This document shows positions 18,335-27,789 of a stretch of DNA of 64,000 bases, piece after piece. Position numbers and translations under genes: made by a program. How positions within the stretch are numbered: the stretch's first letter is position 1; each line of letters starts with the position of its first letter. Origin of the DNA: Verrucomicrobiota bacterium (GTDB lineage Bacteria; Verrucomicrobiota; Verrucomicrobiia; Limisphaerales; JAIPKD01); contig JAIPKD010000003.1 in assembly GCA_021733835.1 (NCBI GenBank), positions 4,902 through 68,901 of the forward strand, in the 5' to 3' direction. The notes beneath the pieces were generated by a model. The model searched no databases and was not told the DNA's origin. It worked only from the letters and a program-made list of their open reading frames with translations.

Positions 18335-18991
18335 ATGGATGAAACGCAGCCCAGATACAAGACGCAGATACCCCCGGCTCGAGAAGGAGCCGAGACCAAA
18401 TTTCGTCATCCACGCAAGACCAATTGGGCCAATCAACTCACCATCGGCAGGGTATTCCTCACGTTCACCTTCCTTATCGTAATATTCCAGGAAAAGCCGC
18501 TCCTTGAAAGCGTTGCGCTTGTCTTATTCATCGTGGCGAGCTTGACGGATTACTTCGACGGCCTGATCGCCAGGCGCACCAAGGTCGTCACCAATTTCGG
18601 CATTTTAATGGACCCGCTGGCCGATAAAATACTTACATGCTCCGCGTTCATAGCATTCGTCGGGCGCGACCTGATGCCGGCTTGGATGGTAGTTATTATC
18701 GTCGCCCGCGAACTGACCATAACAGGTCTCCGCCTCCTGGCAGCGTCGCAAAACGTAGTCCTCGCAGCCGAACGCTTCGGCAAACACAAGACAACCTCTC
18801 AGATAATCGCCATAATTTCCGTCCTCATAATGATAAGCTATATGCACTGGGGCGAATGGGCGGTACTGTTATTTTCAAGCTGGATAAATGTTTTTGTAGT
18901 TATCGCCCAGTGGCTGGCGGTTATCCTGACCCTCTTCTCCGGCAGCTTCTATCTCTGGAAAAACAGGGAAATCTTTATAAACGACCTTTGA
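18335..18991 (+). CDS. pgsA: CDP-diacylglycerol--glycerol-3-phosphate 3-phosphatidyltransferase
   Basis: CDP-alcohol phosphatidyltransferase motif DYFDGLIARRTKVVTNFGILMDPLADKIL, in a multi-TM protein of 218 aa. Confidence 0.85.
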   Translation: MDETQPRYKTQIPPAREGAETKFRHPRKTNWANQLTIGRVFLTFTFLIVIFQEKPLLESVALVLFIVASLTDYFDGLIARRTKVVTNFGILMDPLADKILTCSAFIAFVGRDLMPAWMVVIIVARELTITGLRLLAASQNVVLAAERFGKHKTTSQIIAIISVLIMISYMHWGEWAVLLFSSWINVFVVIAQWLAVILTLFSGSFYLWKNREIFINDL

Positions 18992-18997
18992 GACGCC

Positions 18998-19576
18998 ATG
19001 GCCTCGCATCGTACCGAAAACCACCCGGCACCGGAACAAACAGAAGCGCACTCCCGCCGTTCAACAGTGGATTCGGTCGTTCTTTGTCTCGCAAAAGGCG
19101 CAGGCGCCGGCAACGCCAAATACGCGCCCGGCACATTGGGAACGCTGATAGGAATCGGTTGGACACTAATCCTTCTAACCACAGGCAACCTATGGGCCTT
19201 TCTCTTCTCCGCGGCGGCAGCGCTACTCGCATCCATCCCCCTCTGCTCGAGGGCGGAAATCCTTATTCGAAAACGCGATCCGTCACAGGTTATACTCGAT
19301 GAAATCGTATCAGTCCCTTTCTGCTTTACGGGCTGGCTGGTTTATTTACACACCGTCGCGGCACACTGGCCGCGGCCATCCGGCATGGTCGCCGGCGCTG
19401 AGGTATGGATTACTATTGCCGCGTTCTTGTTGTTCAGATTTTTTGATATCGTGAAGCCATGGCCTATTTGCAAACTCCAGGATATCAAGGGCGGTTTCGG
19501 TATTGTAGCCGACGATTTAGTCGCGGCCATTCTCACGGGAATCCTGATCGGCGCGTTCATGTTTATTCGCAGTTGA
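18998..19576 (+). CDS. pgpA: phosphatidylglycerophosphatase A
   Basis: The motifs APGTLGTLIG, DEIVSVP and FRFFDIVKPWPI...GGFGIVADDLVAA are typical of PgpA. It lies immediately downstream of pgsA. Confidence 0.8.
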   Translation: MASHRTENHPAPEQTEAHSRRSTVDSVVLCLAKGAGAGNAKYAPGTLGTLIGIGWTLILLTTGNLWAFLFSAAAALLASIPLCSRAEILIRKRDPSQVILDEIVSVPFCFTGWLVYLHTVAAHWPRPSGMVAGAEVWITIAAFLLFRFFDIVKPWPICKLQDIKGGFGIVADDLVAAILTGILIGAFMFIRS

Positions 19577-20563
19577 TATCTTATGAGCGCGCGCGAGGTT
19601 GAGCGCCAGATTAATAGCCGCGATTGTGCTCGTTGGATCAGCCATACCTTTGCCGGCAATATCATACGCCGTTCCATGATCCGGCGATGTCCTGATGAAG
19701 GGCAGACCTAAAGTCCAGTTTACACCTGTTTCAAATGCAATCATCTTCAATGGCGCCAAGCCCTGATCATGATACATGGCAACCACCACATCGAATTCAC
19801 CTTTCAAGGCCGAGTGGAAAATTACGTCTGCCGGAATAGGACCGATAACGTCGAACCCCCGAGACGCCGCCTTTTCAACAGCCGGAGAAATACATGTGAC
19901 TTCTTCGTCACCGATCTCGCCCTGTTCACCGGCGTGCGGATTCAATCCGCATACACCGACCCTGCGCCTGGAAAGCCCGAGACTCTTGCATGCGTCTGAA
20001 GCCAACTCGATTGACGTTAACACCTTATCCATTGTCAGGCGCTCTGAAACCTCGCAAAGTCGAATATGCGTGGTTACAAGCACCACCCGCAGCCAACGTT
20101 GCCTGTCATCATGCCCGAGGAGCATCATGGCAACACGTTTCGCCCCTGCAAGCCGGGCCAGGAACTCTGTTTGCCCATGGAATTCCAGACCGGTACGTAT
20201 GATACCGGACTTATTAACGGGCGCGGTCACCAATGCGTCGGCTTCGCCGTTCAGACACATCCCAGCTCCGGTTTCCAGACATCCGACCGCCGCAACGGCA
20301 GATGCAGGATCACCTATTTCAAGACCATCGGTCAAAGGGGCAATAGGCGAGACCACTCTTGTTCTCGACCATATCAAGTCTTCGTCGTGGCATTGCGAAA
20401 CGGACTCAGGACAAAACTGCGCCTTGGCGCGATCCCACACACCCGCATCTCCGATTATGATAAACTCGACAGACGGATCGGTGATCGCCGCCAAGGCTTT
20501 AACCACAACCTCCGGCCCGATACCGGTCACATCCCCGAGCGATACCGCTATCCTGATATTCAT
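19517..20563 (-). CDS. pdxA: 4-hydroxythreonine-4-phosphate dehydrogenase
   Basis: GDVTGIGPEV, GLNPHAGE, AMYHDQGL and IRTSPDHGTAYDIAGKG. It lies downstream of a surA-like gene, as in the classic surA-pdxA arrangement. Confidence 0.9.
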   Translation of the reverse strand: MNIRIAVSLGDVTGIGPEVVVKALAAITDPSVEFIIIGDAGVWDRAKAQFCPESVSQCHDEDLIWSRTRVVSPIAPLTDGLEIGDPASAVAAVGCLETGAGMCLNGEADALVTAPVNKSGIIRTGLEFHGQTEFLARLAGAKRVAMMLLGHDDRQRWLRVVLVTTHIRLCEVSERLTMDKVLTSIELASDACKSLGLSRRRVGVCGLNPHAGEQGEIGDEEVTCISPAVEKAASRGFDVIGPIPADVIFHSALKGEFDVVVAMYHDQGLAPLKMIAFETGVNWTLGLPFIRTSPDHGTAYDIAGKGMADPTSTIAAINLALNLARAHKISTANKHERADQDSRENGRD

Positions 20564-20573
20564 GGAAATAAGA

Positions 20574-21551
20574 TTAGAAGTATCTAATGAAGGACTTCTC
20601 CTTGAGCCGTTCTATCCATTGATCCTCGAGCCGCGCCCTTTCGGTATCCTTGAGAGTCTGCTCTATCTGATCACGAACTTCACTCAAAGGGCGCACATGC
20701 GCTTCCATAATATCCTCGACCTTCATGATATAGAAGGCATCCGGTGTTTCAATTACATTGCTGACTTGACCCGGCTCGAGTTCGAAGGCCACTTCCGCCA
20801 GATCACTCCGAAGAACGGAGCGTTCCACCCAACCCCAGGAGCCGCCCTGGGATTTCTGCGAGCCTTCCGAGTAAACCGACGCGAGCATTTGAAACGACGA
20901 ACCGCCCCTGGCCTTTTCCACTATCTCCTCGGCCAATGCCCGGCTTACGTCATCGGAACCGGCGTCACGGCCTAATACGATTATCCTGAGGTTGACTTGA
21001 TCGCCTACCTCGAATTTGTCCTTGTTTTCCTGGTAATAATTCTCGATCTTTTGCGGGGAGATGATTATTTCCGAAGAAATATGCTTTCGGCGCAACGAAT
21101 CGATTATGATATCTTCACGGACACCCTTCCGATAATCCTCGTAAGTGCGGCCCTTACTCTGAAGCGTCTTAATCAATCGTGAGCGATCCCCGTAATTCTC
21201 CCGAATCCGCCGCTGTACTTCGTCCTCGATAATACTTTCAGGCAGGTTATACCCCTTTTCCTTGAACTCATGCAGGATCAGCTCGCGCTCGACCAACTGC
21301 TCAATGGCGCTGCGCTGTACCTCGGCGAGTTTTTCTCTCAGCAGCTCGGTGTTATTACCGTATTGCCTTGATAATACATCGAGCGACGGCCCAACCAACC
21401 TTTGGACATCATTGTAGGTTATCACCTTGTCATTTACTATAACGGCAATTCCGTCCACTAGTTGCGGCGCACCGTTTGCACCAAACCACGCGGCAAGGTT
21501 GAACACGCAGATAACAAATAAAACCAAGGCTCTTTTCATCTTCAACATCAT
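20574..21551 (-). CDS. periplasmic chaperone / peptidyl-prolyl isomerase, SurA-like (parvulin domain)
   Basis: A signal peptide, a SurA-N-like helical region and a PpiC/parvulin domain (..GGSWGWVERSVLRSDLAEVAFELEPGQVSNVIETPDAFYIMKVEDI). Confidence 0.75.
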   Translation of the reverse strand: MMLKMKRALVLFVICVFNLAAWFGANGAPQLVDGIAVIVNDKVITYNDVQRLVGPSLDVLSRQYGNNTELLREKLAEVQRSAIEQLVERELILHEFKEKGYNLPESIIEDEVQRRIRENYGDRSRLIKTLQSKGRTYEDYRKGVREDIIIDSLRRKHISSEIIISPQKIENYYQENKDKFEVGDQVNLRIIVLGRDAGSDDVSRALAEEIVEKARGGSSFQMLASVYSEGSQKSQGGSWGWVERSVLRSDLAEVAFELEPGQVSNVIETPDAFYIMKVEDIMEAHVRPLSEVRDQIEQTLKDTERARLEDQWIERLKEKSFIRYF

Positions 21552-21830
21552 CCATCCTAAATGTCAGTAACTGAACGGTCAAGGCTTTGGGGACGGTGAT
21601 CGGAATTAATTCAGCAGCTTAAATCGATCCAGGAATCGAGGAACAACCCGTTCGGTGTAGGGGCGGCGAGCTTCATTATTCTTCTATATCGCACCGATGC
21701 GTCGCCGGCCACCGTGCCGATAACAACGATAAAAAAGAATCGTCGATTGCCGCCACAAAACTCTTCTGAATTCATTTGCCTCGTGATACGGTAATATCAT
21801 AATCCGTTTTCCAGGAAAACGATCAGAAGA

Positions 21831-22709
21831 ATGAAAAAAATCCGATACCAACGTGGAATCAAAACCACTCTTATCGGCTTGGGAGTCAATGCATTTCTCG
21901 CCACCGCAAAAATGACGGCCGGCATACTCGGCAACTCCTATGCGCTGATAGCCGATTCCGTTGAATCGCTCGGCGACGTATTCAGCTCGCTCATCGTCTG
22001 GCGCGGCATCACCGTGGCATCGATCCCCGCAGACAAACGGCATCCATACGGTCACGGCAAGGCCGAACCCATCGCCGCGGCCATAGTATCGATCATGCTC
22101 CTGATAGCCTCGATAGGGATCACCGTCCAGGCGGTGCGCGAAATCTTGAATCCGCATACAGGCCCCGAACCCTACACACTGTTAGTCCTAATCCTGATAA
22201 TAATAATCAAGGAAACACTCTATAGGTTCGTATGGAACGTAGGTGAAACCATTGAAAGCTCGGTCGTTAAAACGGATGCATGGCATCACCGGAGCGACGC
22301 CATCACATCCCTGGCCGCGGCGATCGGCATTTCAATCGCCGTGTTCGGCGGGCCGGGCTATGAATCCGCCGACGCCATCGCCGCAATTGTTGCTGCAGGC
22401 TTCATCGCAAGAAACGGATATGCACTTTTAAAACCCGCCCTGAACGAACTCATGGACGCAATGCCGGATACCGACATCACAAAGCGCATCACGGCGGCCG
22501 CCGAAAACACACCGGAAGTCATCGCAATAGAAAAATGCATCGTACGAAAAATGGGGTACGACGTCTTTGTAGATATGCACATCGAGGTCGACCCGAATAT
22601 GTCGGTCAATGAGGCCCACGACGTAGCGCATAAGGTCAAAGACAACATAAAGACCCATATCTCAGCCGTCTCCGATGTCCTGATCCATATCGAACCACAT
22701 AGGGGATAA
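21831..22709 (+). CDS. cation diffusion facilitator (CDF) family metal efflux transporter
   Basis: Six TM helices with ALIADSVESLGD and DAWHHRSDAITS metal-site motifs, plus a C-terminal cytoplasmic domain (HIEVDPNMSVNEAHDVAHKVK). Confidence 0.85.
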   Translation: MKKIRYQRGIKTTLIGLGVNAFLATAKMTAGILGNSYALIADSVESLGDVFSSLIVWRGITVASIPADKRHPYGHGKAEPIAAAIVSIMLLIASIGITVQAVREILNPHTGPEPYTLLVLILIIIIKETLYRFVWNVGETIESSVVKTDAWHHRSDAITSLAAAIGISIAVFGGPGYESADAIAAIVAAGFIARNGYALLKPALNELMDAMPDTDITKRITAAAENTPEVIAIEKCIVRKMGYDVFVDMHIEVDPNMSVNEAHDVAHKVKDNIKTHISAVSDVLIHIEPHRG

Positions 22710-22967
22710 CTCGCCGTTGCCGCATGATCACCGGTAGCGGATACGACATGAGGCGAGCGAACGCTTTAACGAACACAGCGGTTTAAATGCATTCACAGAT
22801 AAAACCTCATTACCCGAATAAATAACTTTTACCGCGCAACGGAATAGCCTTAAAATAATCGTGCCGTTATAGGTTTACAGGCAGCCGTACCGAAGCATGA
22901 GATATCAACGCAAAGGTCGGTGGGATTAGGTCATTTACACGAAAACGACGGATCAGGACTTTCTATT

Positions 22968-24197
22968 ATGAAAATAGTTTTAGCGTATTCAGGCGGACTC
23001 GATACATCGGTACTCCTCTCATGGATAAAGGAAAAATACGAGGCCGAGGTAATCGCTTTCTGCGCAAACATCGGGCAGGAGGAAGAACTCGAAGGACTCG
23101 AAGAAAAGGCGACAAAGACCGGCGCGGCAAAGCTTTACATAGACGATCTCCGCGAGGAATTCGCACGCGACTTCATCTATCCGATGATCCAGGCCGGCGC
23201 GATTTACGAAAATCAATACTTCCTCGGTACGAGCATCGCACGACCACTGATCGCCAAACGGATGGTCGAGATAGCCCAAAAAGAAGGCGCTGAATACATT
23301 GCGCACGGCGCCACGGGTAAAGGCAACGACCAGGTCAGATTCGAACTCACGGCCGCCGCGCTTGCGCCCGACATCAAGGTCATCGCCCCCTGGCGCGAAG
23401 AACGGTTCAGAGAACAATTCCCCGGCCGCACTGAGATGATCGAGTATTGCCGGCAAAAGGACATTTCAGTCGAAGCCAGTTCGGATAAGCCTTATTCGAT
23501 GGATCGAAACCTACTGCATATCTCGTATGAGTCCGGCATCCTCGAAGACCCGTGGCTGGACGCATCGGCGCCCGAATACAAGGAAATGTACAAACTAAGC
23601 GTCGCACCCGAAGACGCACCAAACGAGCCCGAGTATGTCACCCTCGACTTCGAACAAGGAAACTGCACCGCCGTCAACGAACAAGCAATGTCGCCCCTCG
23701 GCGTGATGGAGGCATTGAACAAGCTGGGCGGAAAACACGGGATCGGCCGTGTTGACCTGGTCGAAAACCGGTACGTTGGAATGAAATCCCGGGGTGTCTA
23801 TGAAACCCCGGGCGGCACGATCCTCCACTTCGCGCATCGTCAGATGGAATCCATCACAATGGATCGTGAAGTCATGCACCTGCGCGATTCGCTGATCCCG
23901 AAATACTCGGAGCTCGTCTATTACGGCTACTGGTTCTCGCCCGAGCGGCGGGCACTCCAGGCGCTTGTAACAGAGAGCCAAAAGAATATAACCGGCAAGG
24001 TCAGGCTCAAATTATATAAGGGCAATATAATCAACGCAGGCCGTAAGTCACCCGTAAGTCTCTACAATCCGCAGATCGCAACCATGGAAGCCGACCCGTC
24101 GCAGGCGTACAACCAAGATGACGCCACCGGGTTCATAAAGATAAACGGACTCAGGCTCAAGGTGGCATCGGGCGTTCAGAAGGGGTCGCTGACCTGA
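22968..24197 (+). CDS. argG: argininosuccinate synthase
   Basis: [15 protein letters not shown] (PP-loop), [14 protein letters not shown] and [12 protein letters not shown]. The start was set at the ATG at 22968 rather than the upstream GTG used by the track. Confidence 0.93.
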   Translation: MKIVLAYSGGLDTSVLLSWIKEKYEAEVIAFCANIGQEEELEGLEEKATKTGAAKLYIDDLREEFARDFIYPMIQAGAIYENQYFLGTSIARPLIAKRMVEIAQKEGAEYIAHGATGKGNDQVRFELTAAALAPDIKVIAPWREERFREQFPGRTEMIEYCRQKDISVEASSDKPYSMDRNLLHISYESGILEDPWLDASAPEYKEMYKLSVAPEDAPNEPEYVTLDFEQGNCTAVNEQAMSPLGVMEALNKLGGKHGIGRVDLVENRYVGMKSRGVYETPGGTILHFAHRQMESITMDREVMHLRDSLIPKYSELVYYGYWFSPERRALQALVTESQKNITGKVRLKLYKGNIINAGRKSPVSLYNPQIATMEADPSQAYNQDDATGFIKINGLRLKVASGVQKGSLT

Positions 24198-24278
24198 TGA
24201 TAAACCGTTTAAAAAGCTAATAATTTGCGATATTTATCAGAATAGACTCTTTCTGTGGTTAAGCTGTTGAGTGGTTCG

Positions 24279-27200
24279 TCATTCCTGAAAATGGAATCCT
24301 ACATCGAGCTTACCGACTCCGTAATATCCAAGCGGCGCCCATACACCATCGGCCGCCGAGCCGTCGGCCCTTTGGAAGTTTCCATAAACCCCCAAAGGCA
24401 GGCTGTCTTTTCCAACGGCGTCCAGCTGCGGCAATTGCTTCACGTCGAATAACAAGTATTCCCTATCGCTGTTTTCGGATATGAGCAGATCATTACATAT
24501 GTAAAACGCGGACGCCGGAGATTCAACGGAGATTGAAGAGACCATTTCGAATTCGCCGGAATCGTTGAGATTCCATACCTCGATGACGTTTGTTTTGGAC
24601 TCCCCGCCTTGAGGAATGCCGCGGATGACATAATCATTTACAACGGCCATCGGCCTCGGCCATACGGTCGGCAGCCGCAGGGAATCGACCAGATGCGCGC
24701 TCACGCCGTCATAGGCCAGCGCGTCTATGTACGAATAGCCGTCGCTTTTCCACGATTCCACATCGAAATGATTCCCCAGCGTATACAAGAGGGCGCCGTT
24801 CCTTTCGACGCCTTCGAGCGTTCCCGAAATATTCACCGGTTTACGCGGGGTCGGATTCTCGGGATCAGATAAGTCCACCACCTCCAGGTAATTCTTGCTC
24901 ACCCACGTACCGGACGTTTGGTTCGTTTCTGCATCCGGAGTTTCGTCAATCGTTCGCTTCAGGCCCTCGACAAACTTGGAGGTGCAATAGCTGAAATACA
25001 GCTTGTCCTCGACCGCATACGTCCGGCTATAGTTCCACGAGTTGGTAAATTCGGCCTCGTAAAACCAAATGAAATCCATCTCACGGGGATGCTGCACATC
25101 AAAGACATAATATAACGGCTTTCTATTCCCATACCAAGGTATAGGCATGTAATCCGCAACCGGCACACCCATGATCGGCCGCACGTCCCAATAAACAGGC
25201 CACGCGGTCGAACCAAGCTCCCATACACAGAGGTCGTTACTCAACCAATGCGACGTCCATGAAGAGGAGTACCGGTACGGTTGCCCTTGGGTTCCAATTA
25301 TCCCTTGAAATTCCTCCGCAATTTCAGGGAGGTTCGAGATATCCAATGTCGTAAGAATAAATTTACTTATCGACTCCTGATAGCTCTCATCATTTGGAAT
25401 GTAGTGAATCAAATACAGATAGTCACCCCTGATGTCCGCACCCTTGAGCGGTATTCCGGACATATCCCCGACACTCGAATTGGTAACAACATTATACTCG
25501 CCCAAGATGACATTCGGTTCCGATGCGGCGGCGACTCGGACGCAGGTGTCGCCGGAGTTCACCCCCGCGTTTTCGTTCAACTCGATGAGATAGTCGTTAT
25601 GGAAAAACACCCGATCCACAGGCCACGCCAACTGTACTTCGGCGACTTTCACCGGATTATCGCGATCCGTTGCGTCCACGCTGAGCAGCTCCCATCCGGA
25701 CAACGAGATTATTCGCTCCTCGAAGACCGTTGCGCGCCGCGGCGAGATCGAGTGCTCTATCTCGCCTCTCTTGACCAATTCGTTTTCATTGAGGTCGATC
25801 AATTGTATATTGGACGCGTAACCGTTCGTCGTATCCCCCGAGTACGGCACGAGGACGAGGCCGGCCTCGGGCAGCACACCGAATGCCTTTTCATCGGCGT
25901 TCGCCTCACTCCAAGAATGGTTTTCACCGAGCAACACCTTGCTCAGCAAACTAGGATCGGCGGGATCGGCGACATCGAACAACGAAACGGCGACACGCCA
26001 AGAATTCGAATTGTCTATACCGACCGTCAGCAACCGATCGCCCAGCGGATGAATATACGTCGACCACCCGGGCACCTCGAGCTCACCCTTGATCGTCGGA
26101 TTCGCCGGATCGGAGTTATCCACTATCCAAAGCGGATCAACACGGAAAAAGGTCACCACATACACCGTGTCCCCCGCAAACCTGGTTGCGTGAAGCTGCT
26201 CACCCTCACCGAGCTCCACGGAACCGATCAGCGACGGGGATTCAGGAGTATCCAGCGAAAAATTCTCGAGCGTGGTCACAATCCCCCTGTTCTCAGTCCG
26301 TGTCTCGGATATCACCGAGAACACGTTACCAAACAGATTCATCTTGAACTTATCGGGCACCCGTCCCGATGGTGTTATTTCCGAAACCTCGGTCATAGCG
26401 CCGTCGGGCGACGAAATATCGACCATCCGGATAACGGATTTCGACCAATCATTATTCTTTCTTTGAACGACAAATAGATATTCATCGGTGGCGTGAACAA
26501 GATTCCCATAACCCGGATACCAAAGGCTGCCCTTCTCCGCCGGCGCCGCTGGATTGGACAAGTCGAAAGACGAAACCTGTGTACCCCACTCCCATACGCC
26601 GTCCTCGCTACCCTCGACAGGCCGATAACAATCTGATACCACATACAGGGCGGAACCTACGAGACGGCTGTCCATTATCCTGCCGGGCACCGGCAGCCGC
26701 GCCGCTTCACTAATCGCGTCGTCGGCAACTGAAAGCACGAGTATCGCACTCTGCGCATCGTTTCCGGCGTATGTGTAACTCCAGCTCTGCACCAACAACA
26801 CGGCGTACTCGCCGCCGATCAAGTACATCTGTTCGCCGCTGGCGGGCAACCCGTGAGTCGCTTTCAACACCGGCTGATCGGGATTGGCCAAGTCCACAAT
26901 TTGAAGTCCGCGGTACTGATTGAAAAAGTAGAGTTTCTCCCCTTCAATCTTCCAGATATCGGATTCGACGACTTCACGCTTGGCTTCGCCCGGCGCCGCT
27001 GTAACATCATCGCGGACACCCTCCGGCCAGTAAGTATAAACTGGCACGCCGTTCTGTGTATCCGTTGCGCCGGCTATGAAATCATTCGTGCCTTTGTAAA
27101 ACTCCGCCGGCAATTCCTCGCTCGCATCCGCGCGCACTCGCAGCATTTCCACCTTCGAGTCTTGTGGAACAGTAATTTCAACCTCGCCGCCTGTACCGTC

Positions 27201-27449
27201 CAAGCGCACGACCTTCCGCGGAACCCACGCGCCGTCCCCGAGACGTTCTCTTGACTCAAGCGTGACTTTCTTGATCCCCTCCGGGATTTGCGCGGTCACG
27301 ACTACATTGGTTCCTTCAATCTCAATTGAACTGATGACCGGTTCACCACCGTTGGGCGGCGATATAAACACCGCCACTGAAGAATAAGTCGCGGACAATA
27401 AGAACGCCGTGACTAAAACCGCCTTTGATATCGATTTGAAAATATTCAT
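24279..27449 (-). CDS. large secreted beta-propeller domain protein (Beta_propel/PF09826-like, LVIVD-like repeats)
   Basis: A signal peptide, then SDIWKIEGEKLYFFNQYRGLQIVDLANPDQP. The segment RFAGDTVYVVTFFRVDPLWIVDNSDPANPTIKGELEVPGWSTYIHPLGDRLLTVG...VSLFDVADPADP matches my recollection of the PF09826 core. Confidence 0.65.
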   Translation of the reverse strand: MNIFKSISKAVLVTAFLLSATYSSVAVFISPPNGGEPVISSIEIEGTNVVVTAQIPEGIKKVTLESRERLGDGAWVPRKVVRLDGTGGEVEITVPQDSKVEMLRVRADASEELPAEFYKGTNDFIAGATDTQNGVPVYTYWPEGVRDDVTAAPGEAKREVVESDIWKIEGEKLYFFNQYRGLQIVDLANPDQPVLKATHGLPASGEQMYLIGGEYAVLLVQSWSYTYAGNDAQSAILVLSVADDAISEAARLPVPGRIMDSRLVGSALYVVSDCYRPVEGSEDGVWEWGTQVSSFDLSNPAAPAEKGSLWYPGYGNLVHATDEYLFVVQRKNNDWSKSVIRMVDISSPDGAMTEVSEITPSGRVPDKFKMNLFGNVFSVISETRTENRGIVTTLENFSLDTPESPSLIGSVELGEGEQLHATRFAGDTVYVVTFFRVDPLWIVDNSDPANPTIKGELEVPGWSTYIHPLGDRLLTVGIDNSNSWRVAVSLFDVADPADPSLLSKVLLGENHSWSEANADEKAFGVLPEAGLVLVPYSGDTTNGYASNIQLIDLNENELVKRGEIEHSISPRRATVFEERIISLSGWELLSVDATDRDNPVKVAEVQLAWPVDRVFFHNDYLIELNENAGVNSGDTCVRVAAASEPNVILGEYNVVTNSSVGDMSGIPLKGADIRGDYLYLIHYIPNDESYQESISKFILTTLDISNLPEIAEEFQGIIGTQGQPYRYSSSWTSHWLSNDLCVWELGSTAWPVYWDVRPIMGVPVADYMPIPWYGNRKPLYYVFDVQHPREMDFIWFYEAEFTNSWNYSRTYAVEDKLYFSYCTSKFVEGLKRTIDETPDAETNQTSGTWVSKNYLEVVDLSDPENPTPRKPVNISGTLEGVERNGALLYTLGNHFDVESWKSDGYSYIDALAYDGVSAHLVDSLRLPTVWPRPMAVVNDYVIRGIPQGGESKTNVIEVWNLNDSGEFEMVSSISVESPASAFYICNDLLISENSDREYLLFDVKQLPQLDAVGKDSLPLGVYGNFQRADGSAADGVWAPLGYYGVGKLDVGFHFQE

Positions 27450-27528
27450 ATGCCCCCCGCATTAATTCTTAAAATACCTTGATGAATAAATTACTCCTCT
27501 GCCCCTGCGGCGTCAATCGATATTAACA

Positions 27529-27671
27529 CAGCAATTCTCATTTTGAGGCGGAGCGCGGCTGTGTCGTCTCGACCAGCCGCAGCAATTCCGCAAATTTCGA
27601 TGATTTATCCGCCCGTTCGATGCCGCGACTGGTGCTACGCACACAGTTGCTCTACAAAATAAGAATTGCTG
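27529..27671. repeat. palindromic MITE/REP-like element, copy 1 (full length)
   Basis: The terminal inverted repeats are cagcaattctcatttt (27529-27544) and aaaataagaattgctg (27656-27671), matching at 15 of 16 positions. The core ggcggagcgcggctgtgtc...cagccgcagca is shared with the copies at 33512 and 46916. Confidence 0.65.
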
Positions 27672-27789
27672 ATATTAACATCGCGGCCCACACGGCTTCC
27701 GCTGATCGCTTGAAGGGCTGCGTTACCAGGGCTTCGGCCCAAGAAAGCAAAACGATGGCCGATGCATCCGCGCGGGGAATCATACCGGC

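Noticed and set aside
19776-20975. A 399-aa ORF on the + strand.
   Set aside because: It is entirely antisense to the well-supported pdxA and surA-like genes. Its Ser/Pro/Arg/Thr-rich composition is typical of shadow ORFs in GC-rich DNA.
21552-21830. A metal-sensing riboswitch (NiCo/czcD or Mn yybP-ykoY) upstream of the CDF transporter gene.
   Set aside because: I recognised no conserved core sequences of either class. The 280-bp spacer is shared with the divergent surA-like gene and needs no special explanation.
25281-26477. A 398-aa ORF on the + strand.
   Set aside because: It is antisense to the 1056-aa Beta_propel-like gene. It has an Arg/His-rich low-complexity composition and no recognisable motifs.
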